A stretch of DNA of 64,000 nucleotides, taken from Octopus sinensis (lineage: Eukaryota). Of this stretch, positions 11,925-23,733 are shown one piece after another. How positions within the stretch are numbered: position 1 is the first letter of the stretch; each line of letters begins with the position of its first letter. The notes beneath the pieces are model-generated. The model ran no database searches and was not told the DNA's origin. It saw only the letters and a list, made by a program, of their open reading frames with translations. Location of the stretch: the NCBI RefSeq assembly GCF_006345805.1, contig NC_043018.1, positions 6,386,001 through 6,450,000 of the forward strand, read 5' to 3'. The translations under genes and the position numbers were made by a program.

Positions 11925-12433
11925 CGTAAACCCGAGCTCTTGAAAAAGAGGATTATGGTGACTGTTTGGTGGTGCATTGCTGGACACATCCGTTATAACT
12001 TTTTAAAACCTGGAAAAATCATTACTGTAGAAACATGCTGCCAGGAAATTGCCAAAATGAAGGAAAAACTGCTGCTTCTTTATCCCTGATTGGTCAACAT
12101 AAGAGGACCAATCATTTTCGACCACATGTTTTACTGATGATGCTTCAGAAGATGAGGGAACTTGGCTATGAAGTCTTTCCCCACCCAGACCTTTCTCCTA
12201 CCAACTACATCTTTTTCAAGCACCTTGATGGTTTCCTGCGAGAGGAGGAGTTCGAAAATCAAACCAGGTTCTTATGTTACCGGAATAAACAAACTTGTAA
12301 CTCGTTGGCAAAAATATGTTGATTATAATGGTATTTACTTATTTACTTTGATGAATAAAATTTCCACATTGTTAAAATATATTGTAATGAATTTCATATT
12401 TCAAAACTTTGCTTACTTTTTACTCAGCCTGAT
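11925..12433 (+). mobile_element. mariner transposase 3' fragment plus right TIR
   Basis: KPEL..KRIMVTVWW, ELGYEVFPHP-DLSPTNYIFFKHLD; end ttactttttactcagcctgata. Confidence 0.75.
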
Positions 12434-12511
12434 ATGTATGTATGTATCTATGTGTATGTATGTATGTGTGTGTGTATGTATGTGTATGTGTGTGTGTATA
12501 TATATATATAT

Positions 12512-13839
12512 TTGGAGAAAGCCTTTGACAGGGTTCCCCGTTCCCTTATCTGGTGGTCGATGCGGAAACTGGAGATTGAAGAATGGCTAATAAGGGCTGT
12601 ACAGGCTCTATACAGAGAGGCTGTCAGCAAGGTTAGGATTGGCAACGAATATAGTGAAGAATTCCGGGTAGAAGTAGGTGTGCACCAGGGCTCAGCCCTC
12701 AGTCCCCTTTTATTCATCATAGTCCTTCAGGCAATAACAGAGGAATTCAAAACGGGATGCCCCTGGGAGCTCCTCTATGACGATGACCTAGCTCTCATAG
12801 CAGAATCACTACCGGAACTAGAAGAGAAATTTCGGGTGTGGAAGCAAGGGTTGGAATCAAAGGGCCTTAGAATAAATGTAGCAAAGACCAAAGTATTAGT
12901 AAGCAGCAAGAGGTACTCAGCACACACCCCCTCGGGTAGGTGGCCCTGCTCAACCTGTAGGAAAGGTACAGGTAGAAACTCCATAAGATGCACCGAATGT
13001 AAGTTATGGACAATAAGAGGTGCAGCAACATTAAAGGGAAATTAACAGATAAGATAGCTTTCATGTGCGGCAGATGCACAGGGACAATAGACACAACAGA
13101 CACTCAGAAAACAGATTCCATCACACTCCAGGGAGAGAAACTAGAAGTAGTTGATAGTTTCCGCTACCTGGGTGACCAAGTTAGTAGCGGAGGTGGATGC
13201 ACAGAGAGTATCACCACTAGAATACGAATAGCCTGGGCAAAGTTCAGAAAGCTCCTACCCCTACTGGCAACAAAAGGTCTCTCCCTCAGAGCAAAAGGTA
13301 GATTGTATGATGCATGTGTGCGAACTGCCATGCTTCACGGTAATGAAACATGGGCTGTGACTGCAGAAGACATGCGTAGACTTGAAAGAAATGAAGCTAG
13401 CATGATCCGCTGGATGTGTAGTGTCAGTGTGCACGCAAGACAGAGTGTAAGCATCCTGAGAGAAATGCTGGATATAAGAAGCATCAGATGTGGTGTGCAA
13501 GAGCGACGCTTGCGATGGTATGGTCATGTGCTGCGGATGGATGAAGAGAGATGTGTGAAGAAGTGCCACTCCCAAACAGTTGAAGGTATCAGGGGGAGAG
13601 GTAGACCCAGGAAGACATGGGATGAGGTAGTCAAGCATGACCTCAGAGCATTGGGCCTCACTGAGGCAATGGCGAAGGACCGAGATCTCTGGAGATATGC
13701 TGTGACTACAAAGACCCGGGCTGCTTTCTGCAGCAATTCCACATACCCCCTACCCATTCTAAGTACCCCGGATCCCCAAAGTACCCTGGATCCCCAAAGT
13801 ACCCCGGACCTCGTTGCCCCCGTGCCGCTGACACGTTAA
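12512..13839 (+). pseudogene. RTE reverse transcriptase ORF with PHD-type zinc finger insert; one frameshift near 13012, YADD mutated to YDDD
   Basis: ORF track 12434-13045 joined to 13006-13839. Confidence 0.9.
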
Positions 13840-14078
13840 AAGCTCGAACCGATCGTGACCGATGCCGGACCCTCCGGCCCCTGTGCAGGTGGCACGTAAA
13901 AAGCACCCAATCCACTCATGGAGTGGTTGGCGTTAGGAAGGGCATCCAGCCGTAGAAACTCTGCCAGATTCAGACTGGAGCCTGGAGCGGCCCCTGGCTT
14001 CCCAGACCTGGTCGAACCGTCCAACCCGTGCTAGCGCGGAAAGCGGACGTTAAACGATGATGATGATGATGATGATGA

Positions 14079-14079
<1 letters not shown>
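12512..14079 (+). mobile_element. 5'-truncated RTE-clade LINE (RT to 3' UTR, (GAT)n tail)
   Basis: LEKAFDRVP, GVHQGSALSP, LLYDDDL, FRYLG, RRLRWYGHV, RGRGRPRKTW; 3' UTR is the source of the abundant tail repeats. Confidence 0.95.
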
Positions 14080-14110
<31 letters not shown>

Positions 14111-14161
14111 CATATACATATATATATACATAAATATACATACATATACATATATATGTAC

Positions 14162-14240
<79 letters not shown>
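14080..14240. repeat. (TA)n/(TG)n microsatellite
   Basis: Direct inspection. Confidence 0.9.
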
Positions 14241-14244
<4 letters not shown>

Positions 14245-14446
14245 ACCGCATGTGTACCGTTGGCGATTTTTTTTCCTCTGTCTTCCCTTCTCTGGATCTT
14301 TCCTTCTCCTATGTTTCCGACGAAGAGCTCCACTCAAAACGTTAAACCCTCCTTCTTTCCTTCTTTCCTGAGCGTCCAATAATACTATATTTGTTCCACG
14401 TCCTCGTGTTGTTGTGTTTTTTTGTGCTTTCATGTTTGAATTAACT
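14241..14446 (+). mobile_element. Penelope-like terminal repeat fragment
   Basis: Copy of 6141-6350, flanked by (TG)n and (TA)n. Confidence 0.65.
14313..14347 (+). ncRNA. minimal hammerhead ribozyme motif, G12 mutated to A
   Basis: GUUU-CCGACGA-A-GAG CUCCA CUC-AAAA-CG-UU-AAAC. Confidence 0.5.
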
Positions 14447-14461
14447 ATATATATATATACA

Positions 14462-14905
14462 CATGATGGCCGTCCACTCGTGACCGAGGAAGACCATTGC
14501 CGACCTTCAGGAACATTGTGCGCTCTAGGACTAACTTATATTTTACATTTGTGGCTCCGTTGGTGGCTAATGAGCCCTGCTCTTGACAAGCATACACGAC
14601 TGCAAACATTGCAGACCAAGCTTTCCCCATTCACTATACGAGCCGTGTGCTTTCGCGCAGCTCGCTTAAGTTCTTCATGCTGGATACGTGCTCTCTCAAA
14701 AGTGTCGATCCCCTCCTTAACCTGCTTCCTCCATCTGTGGCGATGACAGGCATTGTTCTCCCAGTTAGTGTCCTGCATATCAAAGGCCTTTAACGAGGGC
14801 TTAACACCGTCCTTAAATCGCAGCCTTGGTTTCTGCCGGAGTCTCCTTCCATTCACAAGTTCTCCATAGAGCATCTGCTTAGGAATCCTTCTATCCTCCA
14901 TTCTA
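14462..14905 (-). mobile_element. RTE (BovB-like) C-terminal fragment with C2H2 finger
   Basis: RMEDRRIPKQMLYGEL..KPRLRFKD..CNVCSRVCLSRAGLISHQRSH. Confidence 0.85.
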
Positions 14906-14910
14906 AATTC

Positions 14911-14950
<40 letters not shown>

Positions 14951-14996
14951 CATACATGCATATATATATATACATATACATACATATATGTATATG

Positions 14997-15034
<38 letters not shown>

Positions 15035-15046
15035 CATATACATACT

Positions 15047-15074
<28 letters not shown>

Positions 15075-15077
<3 letters not shown>

Positions 15078-15215
15078 TTACGTCAGGCCTCTTCTGAAAC
15101 TTTTGGTCGACCGGAGGCTATAGTAGAAAACCCTTGCCCAATGTGCTACGCATGGGACCGAACCGAGAACCATGTGGTTAGGAAGCAAATTCCTTACCAG
15201 ACAGCCATGTTTGCA
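15075..15215 (-). mobile_element. SINE A 5' half
   Basis: ccttgcccaatgtgctacgcatgggaccgaacc. Confidence 0.65.
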
Positions 15216-15884
15216 CCTAGGTTGATGTAAATTTAATGCGTAAAAATTTTTCTCGAAAAAATTACTTCCTACACAATTGTTGGGTTTTATTTATGCTTTG
15301 TGTGATCAACTTATCCATCCGGAGATTATCCCTTATTTCAGAAGACAAATCTTCATGACGTCTAACAGGAAAGATAAGAGGACCAAATGCTGAGGGAGAG
15401 AAACATTCGTGTCAATTGGTGAGGGGGGGGGGGACTGTTGTAAGGGAGAGAACTCGTGTTCGACAATCTGGTTTGTTAGAGAATTAAATTGCGAAGTTCG
15501 TGGGAGCAAAATAATCGGGTGTGTAAATACACGCACTCGCACTCACACACACACACACACACACATCCACACGTAGCAGATATACAGAATGCTATATTTA
15601 ACCCCTCGCCCAACTCCACACCACCCACTACTCCTTGGGTGCCTTTAACAGTTCTCTCTGCATATGGGTTATGTCCCTTGTCCGAGCCCCTACTTCACTG
15701 CAGTCTTAAAAAAAGTAGAGATAGGCGCAGGAGTGGCTGTGTGGTAAGTAGCTTGTTTACCAACCACATCGTTCCGGGTTCAGTCCCACTCCGTGGCACC
15801 TTGGGCAAGTGTCTTCTACTATAGCCTCGGGCCGACCAAAGCCTTGTGAGTGGATTTGGTAGACGGAAACTGAAAGAAGCCCGT

Positions 15885-16680
15885 CATCATCATCATCATC
15901 ATCATCATTTAACGTCCGCTTTCCATGCTAGCATGGGTTGGACGGTTCAACTGGGGTCTGGGGAGCCCGAAGGCTGCACCAGGCCAGTCAGATCTGGCAG
16001 TGTTTCTACAGCTGGATGCCCTTCCTAACGCCAACCACTCCGAGAGTGTAGTGGGTGATTTTATGTGCCACCGACACAGGTGCCAGACGAGGCTGGCGAA
16101 CGGCCACGCTCAGATGGTGTTTTTATGTGCCACCGACACAGGTGCCAGACGAAGCTGGCGAACGGCCACGCTCGGATGGTGTTTTTATGTACCACCGACA
16201 CAGGTGCCAGACAAGGCTAGCAGACGACTACACTCGGATGGTGTTTTTATGTGCCACCGACACAGGTGCCAGACGAGGCTGGCGAACGGCCATGCTCGGA
16301 TGGTGATTTTATGTGCCACCGACACAGGTGCCAGACAAGGCTAGCAGACGACCACGCTCGGATGGTGTTTTTTTTATGTGCCACCGACACGAGCCAGATT
16401 AGGCTGGCGATCGGCCACAATTGGATGGTGATTGTTACGTGCCCACAGCATGGAGGCCAGTCGGTGCGGTACTGGCTACGGCCATGTTCGGATGGTTTTC
16501 TTGTGTGCCACCGGTACTGGTACCACAAAGATACAAATTCCATTGATGTTCATCTATTTTGATTTTGTTTGATTTTTGATTTGATTTGATTTTCACTTGC
16601 CTCAACAGGTCTTCACAAGTGCCACATGAAGGAAGGTATGCACAGGTGGACTGACTACGTCCCAGGTAGGGGCCACGGGT
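15885..16680 (-). mobile_element. RTE 3' UTR fragment with expanded 62-bp units
   Basis: (CAT)n tail at 15885-15908; 62-bp period at 16054-16430. Confidence 0.85.
16054..16430. repeat. 62-bp tandem repeat, 5 full copies plus a variant
   Basis: Unit starts at 16054, 16116, 16178, 16240, 16302, 16364. Confidence 0.9.
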
Positions 16681-17354
16681 TATTGTCATATATATGTATA
16701 TATATATATATGTGTGTTTGTGTGTCTGTGTTTGTCCCCCTAGCATTGCTTGACAACCGAAACTGGTGTGTTTATGTCCCCGTTACTTAGCGGTTCGGCA
16801 AAAGAGACCGATAGAATAAGTACTGGGCTTACAAAAGAATAAGTCCCAGGGTCGAGTTGCTCGATTAAAGGCGGTGTTCCAGCATGGCCGCAGTCAAATG
16901 ACTGAAACAAGTAAAAGAGAGTAAAGAGTATGTCTATCTTTTCCATATCAGAAATTGCAATTTTGCAAAAAAGAAAAAAAAAAAATTTCAATTTCACCCC
17001 CACCCCCACCAACATGCTTCTTACAGTAATGTTAAAAATCAACTCACTTGATCATTAATTAAATAATGAAGTTAAATTGTACTTATATACCTTTTTAATC
17101 AACTTCGATGTATGTTTGTCACTAATTTCTCATGGTAACAAATATTTCTTTTTATAAAACAATTTTTCTTTGGTATTTAAGTTTATTCAAAAGAAATTAG
17201 GAGGGGCGTGGATTGAATTCCAAGAATCTTAGAAAACATCCGATGTCTCCCACTCTCACCAGATGAAAAACATAACAAACCACCACCAGAAAACACGATA
17301 TGCAAGAAATAACAGCTAAATGTCTGGAAAATATTTATTATAGAAATCCATATA

Positions 17355-17772
17355 TATTGGGTCATCCCATAAATAATGCAGGTTTTTTATACTTCTTTTA
17401 TTTTCCAAAATTAAGAAAAAACAAAGTTCTTGTTTAATCTAAAATATACTTTCCTTAATTTTCTACAATGATCTTCCGTCTATCTGGTAGACTTGCAAGG
17501 CCCCTCTTCCAAAATTCACTTGTCTGTGAAGAAAAATATTCCTCCAATACTGTTTTGATCTCGTCTACAGAATTTGTATTTTTTCCGTCCAAATGATTTT
17601 GAAAACTGTGGAATAAATGATAATCAGATGAGGCAATGTGCAGTGAATACGGTGGGTGGAGCATTGTTTCCCATTCAAACTGCTCCACCCTTTGCAATGT
17701 CATCTCACTGTATGTGACCGAGCATTATCCTGGTGGAAGAACACTTTTTATCTTGAAGCCAAAGATGGTCGT
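17355..17772 (-). mobile_element. mariner transposase 3' fragment plus TIR
   Basis: VFFHQDNARSH, HPPYSLHIASSDYHLFHS; TIR tattgggtcatcccataaataatgc. Confidence 0.85.
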
Positions 17773-17899
17773 TTTTCGATGGCCCGCAGGTGTCAATGAA
17801 TAGTTGAATGACCAAATCCAAGCTCCTATGCTAGTTCCTCAACAGTTTTGAGCTGCACCAAGTAGACCCACGAACTGAACAGGAGACCAACAAACATAT

Positions 17900-18778
17900 T
17901 TCTTGTAAGGATTTTTATGCCTACCATCCACTGGTCTTAGATGGAGAATTTAACCAGCTTCTGTGGTTCAAGGAGGTGACAAACCAGTTCATGGTGGACA
18001 TGTATGCAAAGATCAAAACTGAGCGCTTGCTATGCATCTGCATTAACCAGAAGAAATTGAGATCAGGACAATATATTCATCTGCGGGATGTGCTGAATCA
18101 TGATAGCAATGCTAAAAACGTGGGTCAGCAGATCATCCTACAGTCAAGTTTCACTGGCTCACCACGGTACATGCATCAATGTACCCAGGATGCCATGGCC
18201 TATGTGTGCAAGTTTAGCCAGCCTGACCTTTCTGTAACATTCACCTCTAATCCACAGTGTAAGAACATTCAGGACTACCTCCTGGCAGGACTGGCAGGTA
18301 TGATCTTATCGCAAGGGTTTTCCACCAGAAGCAGAAGAAGCTGCTATGGCTGCTAAAAGATAGAAAAATATTTGGTAATCTTAACACATGGATGTACACC
18401 ATAGAGTGGTAAAAACGAGGCCTCCCTTACTCTCATACACTTATCTGGTGCAAGGAGAGGATCAGACCAGAGAACATTGATCAGAGCATTTCTGCTGAGT
18501 TGCCCAATCCAGAGCACGATATGGTACTGTACAATACCACCAAGGCACAGTTCATACATGGCCCTTGTGGCAACTTCAACCCTAAGATCCCCTTGCATGG
18601 AACACAACAAGTGCATCAAGAGGTTTCCCAGGGAATTTATCCTGGAGACACTCATGGGACATGGTGGTTGCCCACTCTACAGGTGCCGCAAACCAGAAGA
18701 TGGTGGACAAACTACTTAGCTCAAACCCAATGGCCATGAGATGGAAATTGACAACAGGTGGATCATGTCCTACAACAT
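17900..18778 (+). pseudogene. Helitron Rep domain remnant
   Basis: QFMVDMYAKIKTERL, SSFTGSPRYMHQCTQDAMAYV, MYTIEW*KRGLPYSH, IHGPCG, EIDNRWIMSYN across frameshifts. Confidence 0.9.
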
Positions 18779-18799
18779 AATGTTTTTGTGAATTCTCCT

Positions 18800-18841
18800 A
18801 TATACATATATATATATAATATATATATTATATAAATCTAT

Positions 18842-18872
<31 letters not shown>

Positions 18873-18877
18873 ATAAT

Positions 18878-18928
<51 letters not shown>

Positions 18929-18935
18929 TATATAT
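18800..18935. repeat. (TA)n microsatellite
   Basis: Direct inspection. Confidence 0.9.
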
Positions 18936-19229
18936 TATTTTATATTTTATATTTATTGAAAACCTATATAAATTGGCTGAAGAGTACTTGGCATCTTAAA
19001 TCTGCTGTAATATTACAAGCTTTTAATAAAATATAGTATGAAACAATTGTACCAAATTACTGGAATCTTCTTGTTGCTTATTTTTGATTATAATCACCCC
19101 GCAATTTTTATGGGTAAACCATACAAAATTCTGGTGCATCTAAATTAAGTACCATATTCATTTGAATCTAAATTGTTGTGATCTGATTATATATATATAT
19201 TATATATCCCACCCCCCAACCGCACCCCT

Positions 19230-19841
19230 TCCCCCTCCTCTTTTCCACCCCTCTACTACCCCATACCCTCTTCGTCGCAAGATACTACGTGCCTTCCGTC
19301 GCCTCCAGCTTGATCCCACCACCGCCCCATTTTCCCTAACCTACCCCTGTCCTCTTTCAAACGAGCCCGCAATCTGCGTGACCTCCTGGTCCACAGCACC
19401 CTCTCTCCTTCCCCCTCAGCCCCACACGGATCATTCCCTTGCTCTAGATCCCGCTGCAACACTTGCCCCTTCATCACCAACACCACCGCTGTCACCGGCT
19501 CCAACCTGCACACTGTACGCATTAGGCACTCTTTTACGTGCACCTCGTCTGGCCTTATTTACTGCATTAAATGCAAACCTATGCGGGATGCTGTATGTAG
19601 GACAGACGGGACGCCGTTGTCCGACCGTTTCACTGAGCACTTAAGGGACGTTCGCCTACACTCTCTTTCTCCCGTCGCACGCCACTTCCGTTCGGCCGGC
19701 CATTCCCTAGATGACATCTCAGTGTTTGGTCTCGCCCCCACCAAGGTCGCCCACTTTCCAGGCTCCACTTGGAGCAACGCTACATCTTCACCCTACAAAC
19801 TACCACCCACACACGGACTTAACACAGCCCCCTCCTCTTGA
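19230..19841 (+). pseudogene. Penelope-like element C-terminus: Cys-rich linker and GIY-YIG endonuclease, multiple 1-nt frameshifts
   Basis: Reconstructed FKRARNLRDLLVHS, CSRSRCNTCPFI, FTCTSSGLIYCIKC, CGMLYVGQTGRR, LSDRFTEHLRDV, PVARHF, LEQRYIFTL, HGLN. Confidence 0.9.
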
Positions 19842-19874
19842 GATCTGGTTTTTTTTTTTTTTTTTTTTTTTTTT

Positions 19875-22632
19875 GCACACCACCACACACACACACCCAC
19901 CTGCCTCCCACACGCACACAACCCACCCACCTACCTCCCACACACACCCAACCACCTACCTCCCACACGCCTGTTCACACACCCACATACGCAGACCCAT
20001 TTACGTACATACATTCACACATTTAATCACACACACTTACAGACATACTAGCACACACTAACATACAAACCAACATGCACATACACACACCATACATACA
20101 TACGCACACACATACATACTTACACACACACACACACACCGACATACATACACACATACACACACACATACATACGCACATACATACACACACACTCACA
20201 CACACACACCGCACGTACATACTTCACACACACACATGCAAACATACATGTAGGCACATACATACATACATGCCCACACATGCACACCCTTACACTGAAT
20301 GCACACACACATACACCTTTTTGCATCCAGGCAGCCCCCCCTCTTTTCTGCTTTCCGGTTTTGGCTGATGGATCCTCGGTTCCCGCGTAGCGGGGCGTTC
20401 GAGGGCCTTTGCGCTCGCGCGCCTTGCGCGCGCTGGGGGCTTGGTCGGCCCCTTGGGCTTGCGTTGTACTGCTTGTGCGTGTGTGCGTGAGCGCGCTTTG
20501 TGCGTGTGGGCTTGCTTCGGATGTGCGCGTACGTATGTATGCATACATACCCACACACTCGCATGCATCCCTACCCACATACATACACGCACACCTACTC
20601 ACACCACACATACACACACATACCTGCACACACACACACATACATACATACACATACATACCTACTTCAGACATACACACACACAGACATACACCCATAC
20701 ACTCACACTCACACGCATACACACACACACATACCACGCACCGACACATACACACACACACACACCTACATACATACATTACACTTGTATACACACACCT
20801 TACATTCATACACACACACACCTACACAGCCATACCCTCACTCAGACACACACATCTACCTACACACACACAAACACACACGGACACACACACCCATACA
20901 TACATACATCTACACACACACGCCTACACACATACATACACACATACATAAACACACAACATATACATATACACACATACGCCACACACATATACTTATA
21001 CACATGCACACACACACACACATACATACATACACCATATACATACATACACACCATACCCACATACTCCTATACGCACATACATACACAAAGACATACC
21101 ACTTACACACTCACACAAACATACACAACACATACTTACACACACACTCACCTGCACGCGCACACCATGCATGACAAACACCCATACACTCACACACTCA
21201 CATACGCACACACCAAGACAACACCGCACACACACACACACCTACACTCCCACACAACACATACACACGCACCTACATACACACACGCACGCATACACAC
21301 GCACACACACATACATTACACACGTACACACACCCCACATACACATGCATACACACACACACACACATGCACGGACACACCAGACATACCCACATACACC
21401 ATATACACACCCCACACACCTACATACACACACATATACACACGCCCACACACCTACATACACACACATACATACACACACATAACACGGACACACCCAC
21501 ACATACTTACATACATACACCTATACACACACGCCTACACACCTACATACCACACATGCATACACACACACACACATGTACGCACATACACACACATATA
21601 CGCACATACATATATACCCACACACATGCACACAACACAACACACATACGCACATGCATGCATGCATGCACACGCGCACACCTACACGCATCACACAACA
21701 CACACGCACGTACACATACATACTACACACACGCATACATACATACACCCATACACATACATGCATCCGACACACACATACATACACACTCACACATACA
21801 TACACACACACACACTCACTCACACACCTGTATGTACGCGCACACACATGCACATACACACACTTCCCCACACCCACACGTACATACATACACACTCACA
21901 CACACACACACACACACACGGACATACATCTATGCACACACATACATACACACATACTCACATACATTCATCGCACACACTGCCACCCAGACATACCACA
22001 GACACACTCACACATCCACACACATACATACGTACGCGCATACTCGCAGGCACGCGCACATACGCACTTACGCCGGCTCGCGCTGCATACGCGTCGCATA
22101 CACCTCGCCCTTGGACCTGACGAGACCTCCCGCCCGTTCCTGGGACCGTCGCGTGTCGTTGGGTTTTCCCACGCCTGTCTCCGCGGTACCACTCTTCCAT
22201 CTCCCCTCAGCTGGAGTCCTTTTTCCTTAACCCCCCCCCCTTTTTCGTTACACACACGCGCACACATATACACACCCTTGCCTATATATATACATCACTC
22301 TTACACACATTCAATCTACTCATTAATACCACCACGACACTGGACACACACACACACTACTACTCAACACACGCTGGCACGCTACATACGCCCCCACCCC
22401 TTCCCCTCCCTCCCTTCCTCCTTCTTTTTCTTACTACTGACCTCCCTTCCTCCTTCCTTCTTTTTCTTAGTGCTGACCTCGTCTGCTAGCTGACCACTAG
22501 TCTCGCCCTACCTCACACGCCTACACACAGACGCACACACTAACACACACATATATTTTTTTGTTTTTTCATCTCGCCTCACACACACACATACACACAC
22601 GCACATGCACACACTCACACATACACACACAT
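19875..22632. repeat. 2.8-kb irregular CA/TACA-rich low-complexity tract
   Basis: Direct inspection; lies between the PLE stop codon and the PLE terminal repeat. Confidence 0.85.
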
Positions 22633-22639
22633 CTGTTGG

Positions 22640-22935
22640 TTACCAACCTTGTCTCCACTCTTTTGCCTTTAAAACCCACTTTGCTCTTGTTATCGTCAAC
22701 ATCCGCCTTTCACCATGTGCAACTCGTAAACACCAGTCGTCTTTTTCTCTTTCCCTGTTGCCCGCTCGGGATCTTTCTTTCTCTCTCTTCCTTCTTTATG
22801 TTTCCGACGAAGAGCTCCGCTCGAAACGTCATACCTCCCTGCTTCCATCTCCTGAGCGCCTATTAATAATTAATAATAATACTGTAATTGTTCCTGTTGT
22901 TGTTGTTTTTTTGTTTCCCTTTTGGATTAAAATTA
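22640..22935 (+). mobile_element. Penelope-like terminal region ending at (TA)n
   Basis: Related to 6141-6350 (ggatctttc..tatgtttccgacgaagagctcc..cctgagcg..ggattaa). Confidence 0.65.
22800..22834 (+). ncRNA. minimal type I hammerhead ribozyme, best-preserved copy, GUC cleavage triplet
   Basis: GUUU-CCGACGA-A-GAGC UCC GCUC-GAAA-CG-UC-AUAC; palindromic ACGU stem III. Confidence 0.65.
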
Positions 22936-22940
22936 TATGC

Positions 22941-22959
<19 letters not shown>

Positions 22960-22999
<40 letters not shown>

Positions 23000-23222
23000 T
23001 GTGTTTGTCCCCACCACTACTTGACAACTGTGGTTGGTGTGTTTACATCCCCCATAACTTAGCAGTTTGGCATAAGAGAATGATAGAATGAGTGCCAGGT
23101 TTTAAACACGCACACACACACAAAACAAAAATAAGTACTTGGGTTGATTCGATCGACTAAAAATTCTTTAAGGTGGTGCCCCAGCATGGCCATAATCTAA
23201 TGACTAAAACAAGTAAAAGATG
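22960..23222 (+). mobile_element. SINE A 3' half
   Basis: ctgtgtttgtcccc..ccagcatggcc..aaacaagtaaaaga. Confidence 0.75.
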
Positions 23223-23330
23223 GAAAAACAGAAAAAAAGGGACAAAACTTTGCTTACATCCACAGACCACCATCAGCACCACCACCATCCACCCACCAGC
23301 ACCACCACCAGCACCACCAGCACCACCAGT

Positions 23331-23733
23331 GGAGGCGCAATGGCCCAGTGGTTAGGGCAGTAGATTCGCGGTCGGAGGATCACGGTTTCGATTCCAAGAC
23401 CGGGCGTTGTGTGTGTTTATTGAGCAAAAACACCTAAAGCTCCACGAGGCTCCGGCAGGTGGTGGGGTGGCGACCCCTGTTGTACTCTTTTGCTTCAACT
23501 TTCTCTCACTCTTTCTTCCTGTTTCTTGTCCCCGACTTCCTACGCAACTGCTGAGCCTGGATGCACATTCATCCATCCGTCGATGCTCTCGGTGTCGGGG
23601 GTTGACCTGCTTTCTCTTCTGCGGGTCTTACGAATAGCAAAGGACCACGTTTCAGACTTCTCCCACTACAGACAATCCTGAGGCGCAATCTTGCGAGGTC
23701 TGGGACAAAGACCACTTCGCTCAACAAACAAAC
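23331..23733 (+). mobile_element. SINE family C, full length
   Basis: tRNA-like head ggcgcaatggcccagtggttagggc..ggtttcgattcc; (CAAA)n tail. Confidence 0.85.

Larger units (their letters stand above)
15724..16930 (+). mobile_element. SINE A split by an RTE tail insertion
   Basis: 5' half 15724-15885, 3' half about 16690-16930. Confidence 0.8.

Noticed and set aside
16054-16430. CRISPR-like array
   Set aside because: Whole units are near-identical with no unique spacers; part of an RTE 3' UTR in a eukaryotic context.
18977-19000. CUGAAGA hammerhead core upstream of the PLE fragment
   Set aside because: Imperfect stem II and no GAAA.
22116-22160. CUGACGAG motif in the CA tract
   Set aside because: No stem II/GAAA partner; region of doubtful sequence quality.
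20441-22493. Long His/Thr-rich ORFs (559, 305, 287 aa) and similar Tyr/Ile/Val/Cys-rich ORFs elsewhere
   Set aside because: Translations of CA/TA microsatellites, which lack stop codons.
23331-23400. tRNA gene
   Set aside because: tRNA-like head continues into a SINE body present in a second copy; the heads of families A, B and D were rejected for the same reason.
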